Origin: Mobula hypostoma | Lineage: Eukaryota | Direction: 5' to 3' | NCBI RefSeq assembly: GCF_963921235.1 | Contig: NC_086108.1 | Location: forward strand, 84,446,001-84,510,000 | DNA: 64,000 nucleotides | Shown: in pieces, positions 39,901 to 52,208 of the stretch | Layout of the letters: every line of letters begins with the position of its first letter | Numbering within the stretch: the first letter of the stretch is position 1 | Made by a program: the position numbers and the translations under genes | Notes under the pieces: generated by a model | The model's database searches: none | What the model was told of the DNA's origin: nothing | What the model saw: only the letters and a program-made list of their open reading frames with translations

Positions 39901-40849
39901 AAAATAACTTCTTTATGCTCCCATGACTACTTGGCTTCGCCCAGTCACTGACTGCGGAAACTAAACATCTCAGAGTGCAACGTTCCTCCTTTATGCTCCT
40001 GTCTCTCACCGTTTAATTAATCTCTGATACACTGGTGAAATGTGAAAACCCCAGAAAAGTGAACAGTGAGTTTCTTCAATTTAAATAGACTATAGTAAAT
40101 TTGTTAAAACCCATTAAAAGATTATTTCCTTCCTCAAGAATTAAAGTCATTTGAGAAGGTTTATTTTTTTTAATGTAAACTATGTTTAAACTGTACTGAA
40201 AAACCATTTCCTCTATTAAATGTAGTAACAAATGAACCACCTTTTGATTTTGTGTATTTATTATAAACAGTTTTCAAACATTTAGAGCGAATTTAATGTT
40301 GTAGCTAATTTATAAATTTCAGTTCTGCTGGTATTTCTGTTAACAGCAATAGGAATCATTGAGTCTATAATTCCCTGTAGAGCTGCTTAGAATTGAGGTA
40401 AGATGGAAAAATTGTAAACAAATAAAACTTCACATGTTGGAATCGGAAACAAAAAACAGAGAATGCTGGAAGAACTCCACCAATGAAGCGGTGACTGTGG
40501 AAAGAGAAACCAGCTAGCATTTCATGTCAGGGACTGATCCTCAAAGTTGGGGAAAAGAGTTGGGGTTTACAGTTTTCAAAAAAGAGCTGAGAGAAGGAGT
40601 GAAATTTAAGGTTAAAGACAGACAACTGAGGATAACTCCTGTGGATGAAACAAAGTGATCACCAATTCTATGTTTGGTTTCACCATTGCAAAGGAGGCCA
40701 GATTACAATCAATGCATGCAGTCGAATTGTTTGGAGTAAGTGCAAGTGATTTGCTCTGTTATATAGGCCTTTATGAAGTATCTGTTACTGCAATCAGTTT
40801 CTGGCTTGAAAGATTACATGCCAGACTAAATTTGCAATCATTAAGAGGG

Positions 40850-41148
40850 GTGGAAGGGTGGAGATAGGTCTCTACCAAAGTAGCACCTCCTTAGGGCTCG
40901 GAACAGCGTCACATAAAGCCAAGGGAGCAGGTGGTGGATGGTTGTGTGTGCAGCTGGCATATATAACAAGTCCTGGTTATACAAACACTAATGCCAGCAA
41001 ACAATCTCTGAAGAGTATTGATCATGGGTGGCGACACCTGGCTTGTAAAGATACTACCCACAGGAAGGCAATGACAAACCACTTCTGTAGAAAAATTTGT
41101 CAATAACAATCATGGTCATAAGCCCACATCATTCAGACATGGCACAAA
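40850..41148 (+). mobile_element. SINE with an RTE/BovB-like 3' motif; (GAT)n tail probably displaced to 44598-44619
   Basis: gaaggcaatgacaaaccacttctgtag motif; the GAT repeat appears right after the nested CR1s. Confidence 0.45.
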
Positions 41149-42815
41149 GGACCATAGGACATAGGAGGAGAATTAGGCCATTCAGCCCATTAAGTTGGTT
41201 CCACAATTCCATCGTGGCTGGTCCTGAATCCCACTCAACCCCATATTGCCTACTCCACATATCCTTCGATGTCCCAACCAATCAGGAAACTATCAACTTC
41301 TGCCTTAAATATACACACGAACTTGTGTATATTCCACACAGTCTGTGGCAGAGCATTCCACAGATTTACTACCCTCTGGCAAAAAAAAAAATTCCTCCTT
41401 ACCTCCGTTCCAAACGGTCGCCCCTTGATTTGGAGGCAGTGCCGTCTAGTTCTACATATGCCCACCACAGGAAATACCCTCTCCATATCCACCCTATCTG
41501 ATCATTTCAACGTTTGGTAGGTTTCAATGAGATCCCCTGTGTTTTTCTAAATTCCAGTGAGTACAGGCCCAAAGCTGCCAAATGCTTCTCAAATGTTAAC
41601 CTCTTCATTCCCAGAATCATCCTTGTGAACCTCTTCTGGACTCTCTCCAATGACAACACATCCTTTCTGAGATATGGGGCCCAAAACTGTTGACAATACT
41701 CCAAGTGCAGCCTGACGAGTGTCTTAAAAAGCCTCAGGATTATTTCCTTGCTTTTATATTCTATTCTCCTTGATATAAATGCCAACATTGCATTTGCCTT
41801 CTTTACCACAGACTCAACCTGTAAATTAACCTTCTGGAAGTCTTGCATGAAGACTCCTAAGTTCCTCTGCACCTCTGATGTTTGAACCTTCTCCCCATTT
41901 AGATAATATCCTGCACTATTGTTCCTTTTACCAAAATGCATTATTACACATTTCCCAACACTGTATTCCATCTGCCACTTTTTTGTCCCATCTTCCAATT
42001 TGTCTAAGTCCTGCTGCAATCACATTGCTTCCTCAGCACTACCTACCCCTCCACTTATCTTTGTATCATATGCAAACTTTGCCACAAAGCCAATTTCATT
42101 ATCTAAATCATTGACAGACAATGTGAAAAGTGCTTGGTAAGTTGATGGAGAAGATCCTGAGAGGCAGGATTTATGAACATTTGGAGATATATAATATGAT
42201 TAGGAATAGTCAGCATGGCTTTGTCAAGGGCAGGTCATGCCTTACGAACCTGAATTAATTTTTTGAGGATGTGACTAAACACATTGATAAAGGAAGAGCA
42301 GTAGATGCAGTGTACATAGATTTCAGCAAGGCATTTGATAAAGTACCCCATGCAAGGCTTATTGAGAAAGTAAGGAGGCATGGGATCCAAGGGGACATTG
42401 CTTTATGGATCCAGAACTGGCTTGCCCACAGAAGGCAAAGAGTGGTTGTAGACGGGTCATATTCTGCATGGAGGTCGGTGACCAGTGGTGTGCCTCAGGG
42501 ACCTGTTCTGGGACCCTTACTCTTCGTGATTTTTATAAATGATCTGGATGAGGAAGTGAAGGGATGGATTAGTAAGTTTGCTGATGACACAAAGGTTGGA
42601 GGTGTTGTGGATAGTGTGGAGGGCTGTCAGAGGTTACAGCAGGACATTGATAGGATGCAAAACTGGGCTGAGAAGTGGCAGATGGAGTTCAACCCAGATA
42701 AGTGTGAAGTGGTTCATTTTGGTAGATCAAATATGATGGCAGAATATATTATTAATGGTAAGACCCTTGGCAGTGTGGAGGATCAGAGTGATCTTGGGGC
42801 CTGAGTCCACAGGAC

Positions 42816-42984
42816 TGTTATGAACTCACAGGTTTAGTTTACTGTAGACTGCCACTTTCAGCGCCTGAATGAAGTGGGACAATGACGTCAGTCACAGGCT
42901 GAAGGGGAGGGAGGGAGGGAGGGAGAGGGAGAGGGAGAGGGAGAGGGAGAGGGAGAGGGAGAGGGAGAGGGAGAGGGAGAGGGA

Positions 42985-43081
<97 letters not shown>

Positions 43082-43721
43082 CGACCGACCGACCGACCGA
43101 CCGACCTTCAGTCGTAGTAGAGAGTGACTGCGGAAGCTGGTAGCTTCAGCTTGTCGCAGCTGAGGCTTGGAACTCTCCTATGCCCACAAGGGTGGGTTGA
43201 TCACTGGCACGCAATGCATAACGGATGTGTGACTGTCGCTTCGTATAATCCATAGGAGTGGATTTTTGGGATATCTTGTGGGACCACTTGTGTAGCCCTT
43301 GCCTGGGTATGTTATGTGGTAACCACTTGCGGTGGATTTGGAACGTCACGACGGACAAGATCTACAGCGACAGTTATCTTGTTTTACCTGATGTGGAACC
43401 TGTGGAATACTTTGTACTTACTTTCCCTCTCCATTACAATGTGGATTACAAATATCTCTCCCCCATCATTTATTTCGTGGATTACTGAACTTTCCTACTT
43501 TACCACCTCAAGACTTTAAGCCTTGTTCCCCCAAGCTCAATAGTTTGGGAGTTATATTTACACACATATGTACAAATAACATTGTTAACTTTTATTCATC
43601 TTGGTTGAGTTGCGATATTATAAGTAGATACTAATAAAGATAGTGGTTTTAACATTAAAACCTGACTCAGTGTGAAATCTCTTGCTGCTGGTTTGTTTTT
43701 AAAACATTACAGTTCGTAACA
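42816..43721 (+). mobile_element. Solo LTR (~906 bp)
   Basis: Termini tgttatgaact / agttcgtaaca (10/11 inverted), AATAAA near 43633, decayed TSD ggac/gaat. Confidence 0.8.
42903..43105. repeat. Compound microsatellite (GAGAGG)n-(GA)n-(GACC)n
   Basis: Direct inspection. Confidence 0.97.
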
Positions 43722-45289
43722 GAATGCTCAAAGCAGCTGCACAGGTTGACTCTGTGGTTAAGAAGGCATATGGTGCATTGGCCTTCAACAATCATGCGAT
43801 TGAGTTTAAGAGCCGAGAGGTAATGTTGCAGCTATATAGGACCCTGGTCAGACCCCACTTGGAGTACTGTGCTCAGTTCTGAGCGGAACTGAGAGGTACA
43901 GAGAAGATGTCAGGGTTCAGTTTTTTACTCAGAGAGTGTTGAGTGCATGGAATGGGCTGCCGGCAATGGTAGTGGAGGTGGATAAGATAGGGTCTTTTAA
44001 GAGACTTTTGGATAGGTACATGGAGCTTAGAAAAATAGCGGGCTATGGGTAACCCTAATAATTTCTAAGGTAGGGACATGTTTGGCACAACTTTGTGAAC
44101 CAATGGGCCTGTATTGTGCTATAGGTTTTCTAAAGGTAGCGGTTCCAATACTGACCCCTGAGGAACAACACAAGTCACTAGCAGCCAACCAGAAAAGGCT
44201 CCCTTTATTCCCACTCACTGCCTCCTGCCTGTCAGCCATTCCTCCTGTATCTTTCCTGTAATGCCAAAGGATTTCATCTTGTTAAGCAGCTTCATGTGTG
44301 GCAACTTATTAAATGCCTTCTGAAAATCAAGTAAATGACATCCACTGCTTCACCCATGTCCAATCTGCTTGCTCCATAAATTAATGTAATATATTTAAAT
44401 ATGTAAAACATTAATTTATAGATGCCTTTTACAGAAACCACACTGATTTTGACTTATTTTATCATTGGTCTCCAAGTACCTGAAGCCTCATCCTTAATAA
44501 TAGACTCCAACACTTCCCAACCACTGAGGTTAGGCTAACTGGCCTATAATTTCCTTTCTTTTGCCTTCCTCCCTTCTTAAAGAGTGGATTGACACATGAT
44601 GATGATGATGATGATGATGAAGAGGGAAGAAACAAGGGTTAATGATTTCAGAGGGCTACAGTAAGAATGAGGTGGCATCAGGTCCAAATGAACTGTGTGA
44701 AGGAGATGAGGGTAAACAATGGCCAAATGATCGGACTATTCCATTCTTAAAGTTGACACTTCAGAGAGAACTTGACCAAGCGGCCAGAATTTTGTGCAAC
44801 AGGATAAATTGGGTTGTTGCTTGATTGAACTGAACTAAACTAAACTAAACATTCCTAGACTGTTTCAATAACTTTCTGGTTTGATGTTTTATATTCTGTG
44901 TTTTTCGCTCATTTGTTTGCCATTTGCATGATTTCGGGTTTTTTTGGCATTTTAGGAGTTTCATGTTTTTTTTGGATCGGGTCCCATGGTTTGCTTTGTT
45001 TCATGGTTGTTTGTGAAAAGATGAATCTCACGGTTGGACACTGCATATATACTTTTATAATAAATGTAGCTTGAATCTTGAGCATCGAATCAACAGCCAC
45101 ACTTGGAAAATAGTACACTTTACTGAGAAGAGCAAAAGGTAGAAAACTGCACACCACTAAATCTTCTGAAAGATGCCCTGTGTCTTTTCATAAGAGGATA
45201 TTTCTCATTCTGGAACAAGTAGATCCAGGAGCTATAATTTATTTAATTATTTGTTTGTTTGTTTATCGACATACAGTGCAGAGCAGGCT

Positions 45290-45515
45290 CTTACAGCTTT
45301 TCGAGCCGCAGTGCCCGGCAATCCCCTGATTATCAAAATGACCAATTAACCTATCAACCGGTACGCCTTTGGAAAGTGGTAGGGAACCAGAGCACCTGGA
45401 GGAAACCCACATGGTCACAGGCAGAATGTACAAACTCCTTACAGGCAGTGACGGGAAATGAACCCAGGTCGCTGGTACTGTAAAGCATTGTGCAAACTAC
45501 TACGCTATCGGGCTG
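45290..45515 (-). mobile_element. HE1/V-SINE-like SINE
   Basis: Same core as 7010-7240, plus a tRNA-like box (gaaatgaacccaggtcgctgg). Confidence 0.65.
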
Positions 45516-46197
45516 CCCCGTGTTTTATGTTCTGTTATTATATTGATGCTCCCAACAAGTGGAGGCAGAATGTTCTGGAGCCACTATGAAACAGCAAAAT
45601 GTAAAAGCCTATTGGTGCTTTTAGAGGATGGAGAGATACAAAAGTTGCTCTGACCAAGAAAAATTTTTGAATGTGAAGTTTTGAAACAAAGAATAGGATA
45701 CAAGGGAAGCATGTATAGAAACCTTCAAGCAACTCCAGAAATGACCATTCTTGGTATAATAACAGGATTTCTGAGATAATGGACAAACAAAGGAGTATTT
45801 GTAGCGGTCATTAAAATGCCTCCAGCTGGGTTCAGTGGGGAGCAAGCAAACTTCAGAGGTCCTCAACATTGACTGACCTTCTGAGATAAGAAAGCCCACT
45901 ATAACACAGAGGACACTCTTCTTCCCAAGGTTAGCTGTATTAAATGGCCACGATTCAGCTGAACCCTTTTCGCAATCTTTCAACTCAATGTTGCATCACA
46001 CCTTCAACAAAATTCCCACAGGAGAAAAGCTAATCTTCAGAACAAATGGGAAACTGTTCAACTTATGGTAACAACACTCCAAAACCAAGGTCAGGTGAAC
46101 GTCAACAGTTACACTGCAGAATGAAAACAATGTTTTCATTGTTGCATGCTGAGAGGATGAGCTCAGAGCCATAGCTGGCTCCTTCGCTATGTACATA

Positions 46198-46719
46198 CAT
46201 TCACTGGTACTTTATTAGTACAAGAGAGTATGTTCATAGTCTTCTGCTGCTGTAGCCCACCTACTTTAAAGTTTGAAGTATTGGGCATTTAGAAATGCTC
46301 TTCTGCACACCACTTTTGTAATGCGTGCTTATTTGAGTTACTGTCACCTTCCTGTCAGCTTGAACCATTCTCCTCTGAACTCTCTCATTAACAAGGTGTT
46401 TTCACCAACGGAACTGCTGCTCACTGGATGTTTTTTGTTCTTCACACCATTCTCTGTAAACTCTAGAGACTGTTGTACATTAAATCCAAGGATATCAGCA
46501 GTTTCAGGGATACTCAAACCACCACATCTGGCACCAACATGCTCAAGTTCACTGAGAGCACATTTCTTCCCCATTCTGATATTTGGCCTGAAAAGCAACT
46601 GAACCTCTTAATAATGTCTGCATACTTTCATGCAGAGTTACTGCCACATGATTGGTTGATTAGATATTTGCATTAAAGAGCATGTGTACAGGTGTACCTA
46701 ATAAAGTGGCCACTGAATG
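46198..46719 (-). mobile_element. Complete Tc1-like MITE
   Basis: TIRs cattcactggtactttatta / taataaagtggccactgaatg, TA flanks; MGKKCALSELEHVGARCGGLSIPETADILGF. Confidence 0.85.
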
Positions 46720-46909
46720 TAGAAGCTATGCCTTGCATTAATGTTCCACAAAACATAAACCTTGACCCCCCCCCACCACCACCACCCCCACTGTACAGCC
46801 CTGTCCTCCAACAAAAAAAGTTCAATTCATGATCTGGGAAATTGTGTACCAATACCCATTTCTGGGAAGCCACTTCAATGGCAAAAGTAGACATCAGTGA
46901 TGGAATGTA

Positions 46910-47038
46910 AACAACAGGAACTCTGCAGATGCTGGAAATTCAAGCAACACACATCAAAGTTGCTGGTGAACGCAGCAGGCCAGGCTGCATCTCTAGGAAG
47001 AGGTACAGTCGACGTTTCAGGCCGAGACCCTTCGTCAG
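46910..47038 (-). mobile_element. ~125-bp Penelope terminus with 16-bp TSD, ending at the hammerhead core
   Basis: TSD tcagtgatggaatgta at 46894-46909 and 47035-47050. Confidence 0.85.
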
Positions 47039-48061
47039 TGATGGAATGTACTACCTTCTTCACTAGTCCACTTTGGCTAAATGAAGAAAACACCTATCAT
47101 CTCCCAACTACTTTCTTCATAGCCCCTCCCCCCCCACCTACCTTCCCACTACCTTGGTTTCACCAATCACCTGTCAGCATGTACTCCTTCCACTTCCCCT
47201 GCCTTCATATTCTGGATTTCTCTCCTTTCCTCTCCAGCACTGATGAAAAATCTCAGCCTGATATCTTGACTCTTTATTCCTCTACATAGTTGAGTTCCCC
47301 CACAATTCTGTATGTGTTCCTGAGGAAAACAGTGTTTGAAAATTTGGATCTCAAACCTGACACAACATTCATGGTCAAGGCAAAACCTCAGTGAATTTTA
47401 ATATCTCTCAAGGCATTAGAAAGAGACCACAAAAAGTGTCTCAAAATCCTCCAAATTCACAGAAAGGATAAAATGACCCCTCTTCCAAATCCTCTGCCAG
47501 ATCGATATCCCCACACCAAGGCCCAAATTACACTCATTTGGATACCTTGGAAAGCCAAGTGATTTGCATGCCTCAAATACCAGACGCACACAATCAGATG
47601 CTGCATTTCAAGCTCTTTCATAAGAAGAGATTTTAGGTGGTCAGATGAAAAGATTCAAGAATGTGCTCAAAGCCTTCACAAAAGAACGGCACTATTCCCA
47701 GTGACTCCTGGAAACCATTACAACAGTTGCAAGTGAAGGAGGAACATTTGGGATGTTATTAAGAATACAGGTTCCTTACAATGAGCAGTTTAAAACTCCT
47801 GGGAGTGCACATCTCACACAACCTTTCATGGTCCCAGAAGAAAGCTCACCAACGCTTCTACTTTCTGAGGAGGCTGCAGAGCGCTGGACTATGCTCATCT
47901 ATACTCACATCATTCTACAGAATCACAGTAGAGAGCGTCCTAACATGCTGCATCACTGCATGGTACGGATTCTGCACTGCAGCAGGCAGAAAGGCTCTCC
48001 AATGGGTAATCAAAACTAGCAACATATCACTGGCATCAGCTTACCCACCACCAAGGACATA

Positions 48062-48709
48062 CAGTCTCGGCCCTCCGTATCCGCGGATTCAACCAACCGC
48101 GGATCGAAAATACTCAGAAAAAATAATTCCAGGAAGTTCCAAAAAGCAAAACTTGAATTTGCTGCGCACCAAGCACTACACTGAATCCACGCGAATGAAG
48201 TGATGTGTAGGCAAACCCTGCTGTAGCCTCCCGCCATTTCACAGATCCTCAGTCTCTCACCAGCACTCGTTGTTTGAGCATTGTTCACCTCGCGTCTACT
48301 TCGTTCGCTACTTGTGTTATGAGCGAGAGGAAGGAGTTTAAGGCTAGTAAGGGATGGCTGGCTAGCTGTGTAAAGTGCTACAGCCTCAAGAACTTAAAGA
48401 TCACGGGAGAATCGGCACTGGCTGATGCTGAGGTAGCATCAACGTTCCCAGAAGAGCTACGATGGTTGCGTCTGTACTGAACATGTACAGACTGCTTTTC
48501 TTGTCATTATTCCCTAAACAATACAGTACAACAATTATTTACATAGCATTTACATTGTATTAGGTATTATAAGTAATCTAGAGATGATTTAAAGTATACG
48601 GGAGGACGTGCGTAGGTTATATGCAAATACTACACCATTTTATATAAGGGACTTGAGCATCCGCAGGGGATCCTGGAACCAATCCCCTGCGGACACCGAG
48701 GGACGACTG
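48062..48709 (+). mobile_element. Tigger3/MER2-like non-autonomous transposon
   Basis: TIRs cagtctcggccctccgtatccgc / gcggacaccgagggacgactg, TA flanks; EFKASKGW..LKITGESA. Confidence 0.88.
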
Positions 48710-49004
48710 TATATACAGAAAAGGCCAGCAATATCATGAAGAACACTACTCATCCTGCTCATGGATCATTTCTCCCACTCTCATCAGGGAAGAGGATACG
48801 TAGCATCAACGCCAAAGCCACCAGACTCAAATATAGTTACTTCTCCCAAGCAGTAAGGCTGATCAACACTTCCTCCCACTAAACCACCACTCTACACCCC
48901 CAACTTCCACTACTTTATCATTTCCTGTTAGACACCTTATGTACAGCCACTCCTGTGCCTAGCATCACTTTATGCCTACATAATTGATCTATATATCGGA
49001 ACGA

Positions 49005-50343
49005 TCATAGAACCATAGAACCATAGAAACTACAGCACAGAAACAGGCCTTTTGGCCCTCCTTGGCTGTGTCGAACCATTTTCTGCCTAGTCCCACTGAC
49101 CTGCACACGGACCATATCCCTCCATATACCTCCCATCCATGTATCTGTCCAATTTATTCTTAAATGTTAATAAAGAACCCACATTTACCACCTCATCTGG
49201 CAGCTCATTCCATACTCCCACCACTCTCTGTGTGAAGAAGCCCCCCCTAATGTTCCCTTCAAACTTTTCCCCCCTCACCCTTAACCCATGTCCTCTGGTT
49301 TTTTTCTCCCCTTGCCTCAGTGGAAAAAGCCTGCTTGCATTCACTCTATCTATACCCATCATAATTTTATATACCTCTATCAAATCTCCCCTCATTCTTC
49401 TACGCTCCAGTGAATAAAGTCCTAACCTATTCAACCTTTCTCTGTAACTCAGTTTCTCAAGTCCTGGCAACATCCTTGTAAACCTTCTCTGCACTCTTTC
49501 AACCTTATTTATATCCTTCCTGTAATTTGGTGACCAAAACTGAACACAATACTCCAGATTCGGCCTCACCAATGCCTTATACAACCACATCATAACATTC
49601 CAGCTCTTATACTCAATACTTTGATTAATAAAGGCCAATGTACCAAAAGCTCTCTTTACGACCCTATCTACCTGTGACGCCACTTTTAGGGAATTTTGTA
49701 TCTGTATTCCCAGATCCCTCTGTTCTACTGCACTCCTCAGTGCCTTACCATTAACCCTGTATGTTCTACCTTGGTTTGTCCTTCCAACGTGCAATACCTC
49801 ACACTTGTCTGTATTAATCTCCATCTGCCATTTTTCAGCCCATTTTTCCAGCTGGTCCAAGTCCCTCTGCAGGCTCTGAAAACCTTCCTCACTGTCTACT
49901 ACACCTCCAATCTTTGTATCATCAGCAAACTTGCTGATCCAATTTACCACATTATCATCCAGATCATTGATATAGATGACAAATAACAATGGACCCAGCA
50001 CTGATCCCTGTGCCACACCACTAGTTACAGGCCTCCACTCAGAGAAGCAATTCTCTACCACCACTCTTTGGCTTCTTCCATTGACCCAATGTCCAATCCA
50101 ATTTACCACCTCTCCATGTATACCTAGCGACTGAATTTTCCTAACTAACCTCCCATGCTGGACCTTGTCAAAGGCCTTACTGAAATCCATGTAGACAATA
50201 TCCACTGCCTTCCCTTCATCCACTTTCCTGGTAACCTCCTCGAAAAACTCCAATAGATTGGTCAAACATGACCTACCATGCACAAAGCCATGTTGACTCT
50301 CCCTAATAAGTCCCTGTCTATCCAAATGCTTGTAGATTCTGTC
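49005..50343 (-). mobile_element. Young 5'-truncated CR1 with uninterrupted 412-aa RT ORF (49087-50325)
   Basis: SQHGF..CLTNLLEFFEEVT..YMDFSKAFD..QGSVLGPLLF..KFADDTK..RPNLEYC..RGHGL; repeated catagaac tail. Confidence 0.95.
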
Positions 50344-50838
50344 ATATATATTTATATATAGTGTCTTTTTTATTACTGCGTTCTATATCTTAAGTGCATT
50401 TTTATATGCTGCATTTGATCTAGAGCAACAATTATTTCATTCTCCTTCACACTTTCATACTGAAAATGACATTAAACCATCTTGATCTTAAGCCTGGGAT
50501 TCGAAAATCTGAAATGAAAGCAGAAATGCCAGAACAGCTCGGTCAAACAGCAGCTGTGGAAAAGGGAAATCAGGCAGGCATTTTTTTTCAATCAGCAACC
50601 TTGTTACATGTCCTTCCTGACGCTGCTTAACTTGCCAAGTTCTCCTAGTCTTTCTGGTTTTGTGTCTCGGAATTGATTACAGCCAAAAGAACAGAAGAAG
50701 ACCTGATTAAGCAGTTCAAGATCCTAGATACCAACGCAGAATTTTAATACTAATCCAGCATCATGTTATTTTCTTTGCACAGGAACTTTATGAACCATGA
50801 TTAATGATAAATATGAGCCAAGACAAGATCCCACACAC

Positions 50839-50892
50839 TTGCATAATTAACAGCTTCTCTTAAAGCACGTCTAGCCTCTCTGATGTTAGAGT
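50839..50892 (-). CDS. Candidate 54-bp exon (SNIREARRALREAVNYA)
   Basis: ctttcctattgattttag| acceptor, open in phase 1, weak donor |gtgtgt. Confidence 0.25.
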
Positions 50893-51437
50893 CTAAAATC
50901 AATAGGAAAGTTTGAGTTTGAAACACCACATGTTCTTTCCCACATTCCTTTGCCTTTGATCCCAACACATGATCCGATACCAAAAACAACATTGCTGCAA
51001 ACACTCAACAGGTCAGGACACATTTGTAGAAAGAGAAACGGAGTCAGTATTTCAGATCAGAAACCCCTCATCACATTATTTACTCTGAATTCTTATGTTT
51101 ATGTTCTCACCTTCTAAGTGCTCCATTTGACTATGAGTTGATAACTATGTTTACAGCTTATTGCCATAATCACCCCAGTTTTACCCTATAAGAGACATCC
51201 ACCTTTTCCGCTCTCATTACAGCTCTACAAGCCTCTTTTCAGTCTGACAATCGGTCTGTGACATGACATGTTGACTCCTTTTCTGCTCCTACAGTTGAGG
51301 CCTAATCTGAGTATTTCTAACATTTTCAGTTTTTTGCTTTGGACTCCAACCTGTAGCCAGATTCCTGTGGCATTCGTACAATGGCCTTGGACTTCATATG
51401 AATTGTCAGCCTGAAACAATCTTACAGTCCACTCCAT

Positions 51438-51977
51438 GGAACAACACCTTATATTCCGTCTGGGTAGCCTCCAACCTGATGGCATGAACACTGACTTCTC
51501 TAACTTCCGTTAATGCCCCATCTCCCCTTTGTACCCCATCCCATTTTTATTTATTTTTATTATTTTTTTTTCTTTCCCCTTTTTTTCTCTCTCTTTTTTC
51601 TCCCTCTGTCCCTCTCACTATAACTCCTTGCCCAACCTCTGGGCTTTTCCCCCCTCCTCCCCCTTTCTTTCTCCCTAGGCCTCCCGTCCCATGATCCTCT
51701 CCCTTCTCCAACCTCGTATCCCTTTTGCCAATCACCTGTTCAGCTCTTGGCTCCATCGCTCCCCCTTCTGTCTTCTCCTATCATTTCAGATCTCCCCCTC
51801 CCCCTCCCACTTTCCAATCTCTTACTATCTCTTCTTTCAGTTAGTCCTGACGAAGGGTCTCGGCCCGAAACGTCGACTGTACCTCTTCCTACAGATGCTG
51901 CCTGGCCTGTTGCGTTCACCAGCATTTTTTGTGTGTGTTGCTTGAATTTCCAGCATCTGCAGATTTCCTCGTGTTTA
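51438..51977 (+). mobile_element. Young Penelope-like 3' fragment
   Basis: EQHLIFRLGSLQPDGMN, pyrimidine-rich UTR and terminus; highly similar to 55012-55590 and 32402-33010. Confidence 0.88.
51843..51878 (+). ncRNA. Minimal type I hammerhead ribozyme motif
   Basis: agtc CTGACGA agggtctcggccc GAAA cg TC gact. Confidence 0.78.
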
Positions 51978-51979
51978 CA

Positions 51980-52208
51980 TTCTACAGATGCTGGAAATCC
52001 AAAATAACGTATACAAAATGCTGGAGGAACTCAGCAGTCAAGCAGCACCAATGGAAAGGAATTACAGTTGACGTTTCAGACTGAGCCTTTCATCGGGGAC
52101 TGAGTGGACTTATTCCTTTCCATTGATGCTGTCTCACCTGCTGAGTTCCGCCAGCATTTTGCGTGTGTTGCTCTGGATTCCCAGTATCTGTAAAGCCTCT
52201 TGTGTTTA
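51980..52208. repeat. Palindromic MITE-like unit made of two opposed Penelope termini
   Basis: aaaatgctggaggaactcagcag ... ctgctgagttccgccagcatttt. Confidence 0.7.

Larger units (their letters stand above)
42131..44131 (+). mobile_element. CR1 LINE RT/3' end interrupted by a solo LTR
   Basis: YIDFSKAFDKVPH, GVPQGPVLGPLLF, KFADDTK; highly similar to 3542-4630. Confidence 0.92.
41149..44592 (-). mobile_element. CR1 LINE interrupted by an opposite-strand CR1
   Basis: 170-aa ORF at 41507-42019; sequence stops at gtgaaaag (42130) and resumes at gtagcggttcc (~44136), colinear with the copy at ~24260. Confidence 0.88.
45700..47750 (+). mobile_element. Highly degraded RTE LINE, interrupted by Tc1 and Penelope inserts
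   Basis: FRTNGKLFNL near 46036; KILQI and KRFKNVLK-like remnants at 47440-47670. Confidence 0.5.
47770..50490 (+). mobile_element. Rex1/Babar 3' region interrupted by a Tigger MITE and a CR1
   Basis: KLLGVHISHNLSW..QRFYFLRRL..ESVLTCCITAWYG; resumes after 48711 and again after 50343. Confidence 0.75.

Noticed and set aside
42869..43117. ER-repeat ORF
   Set aside because: Translation of the GA-rich microsatellite inside an LTR.
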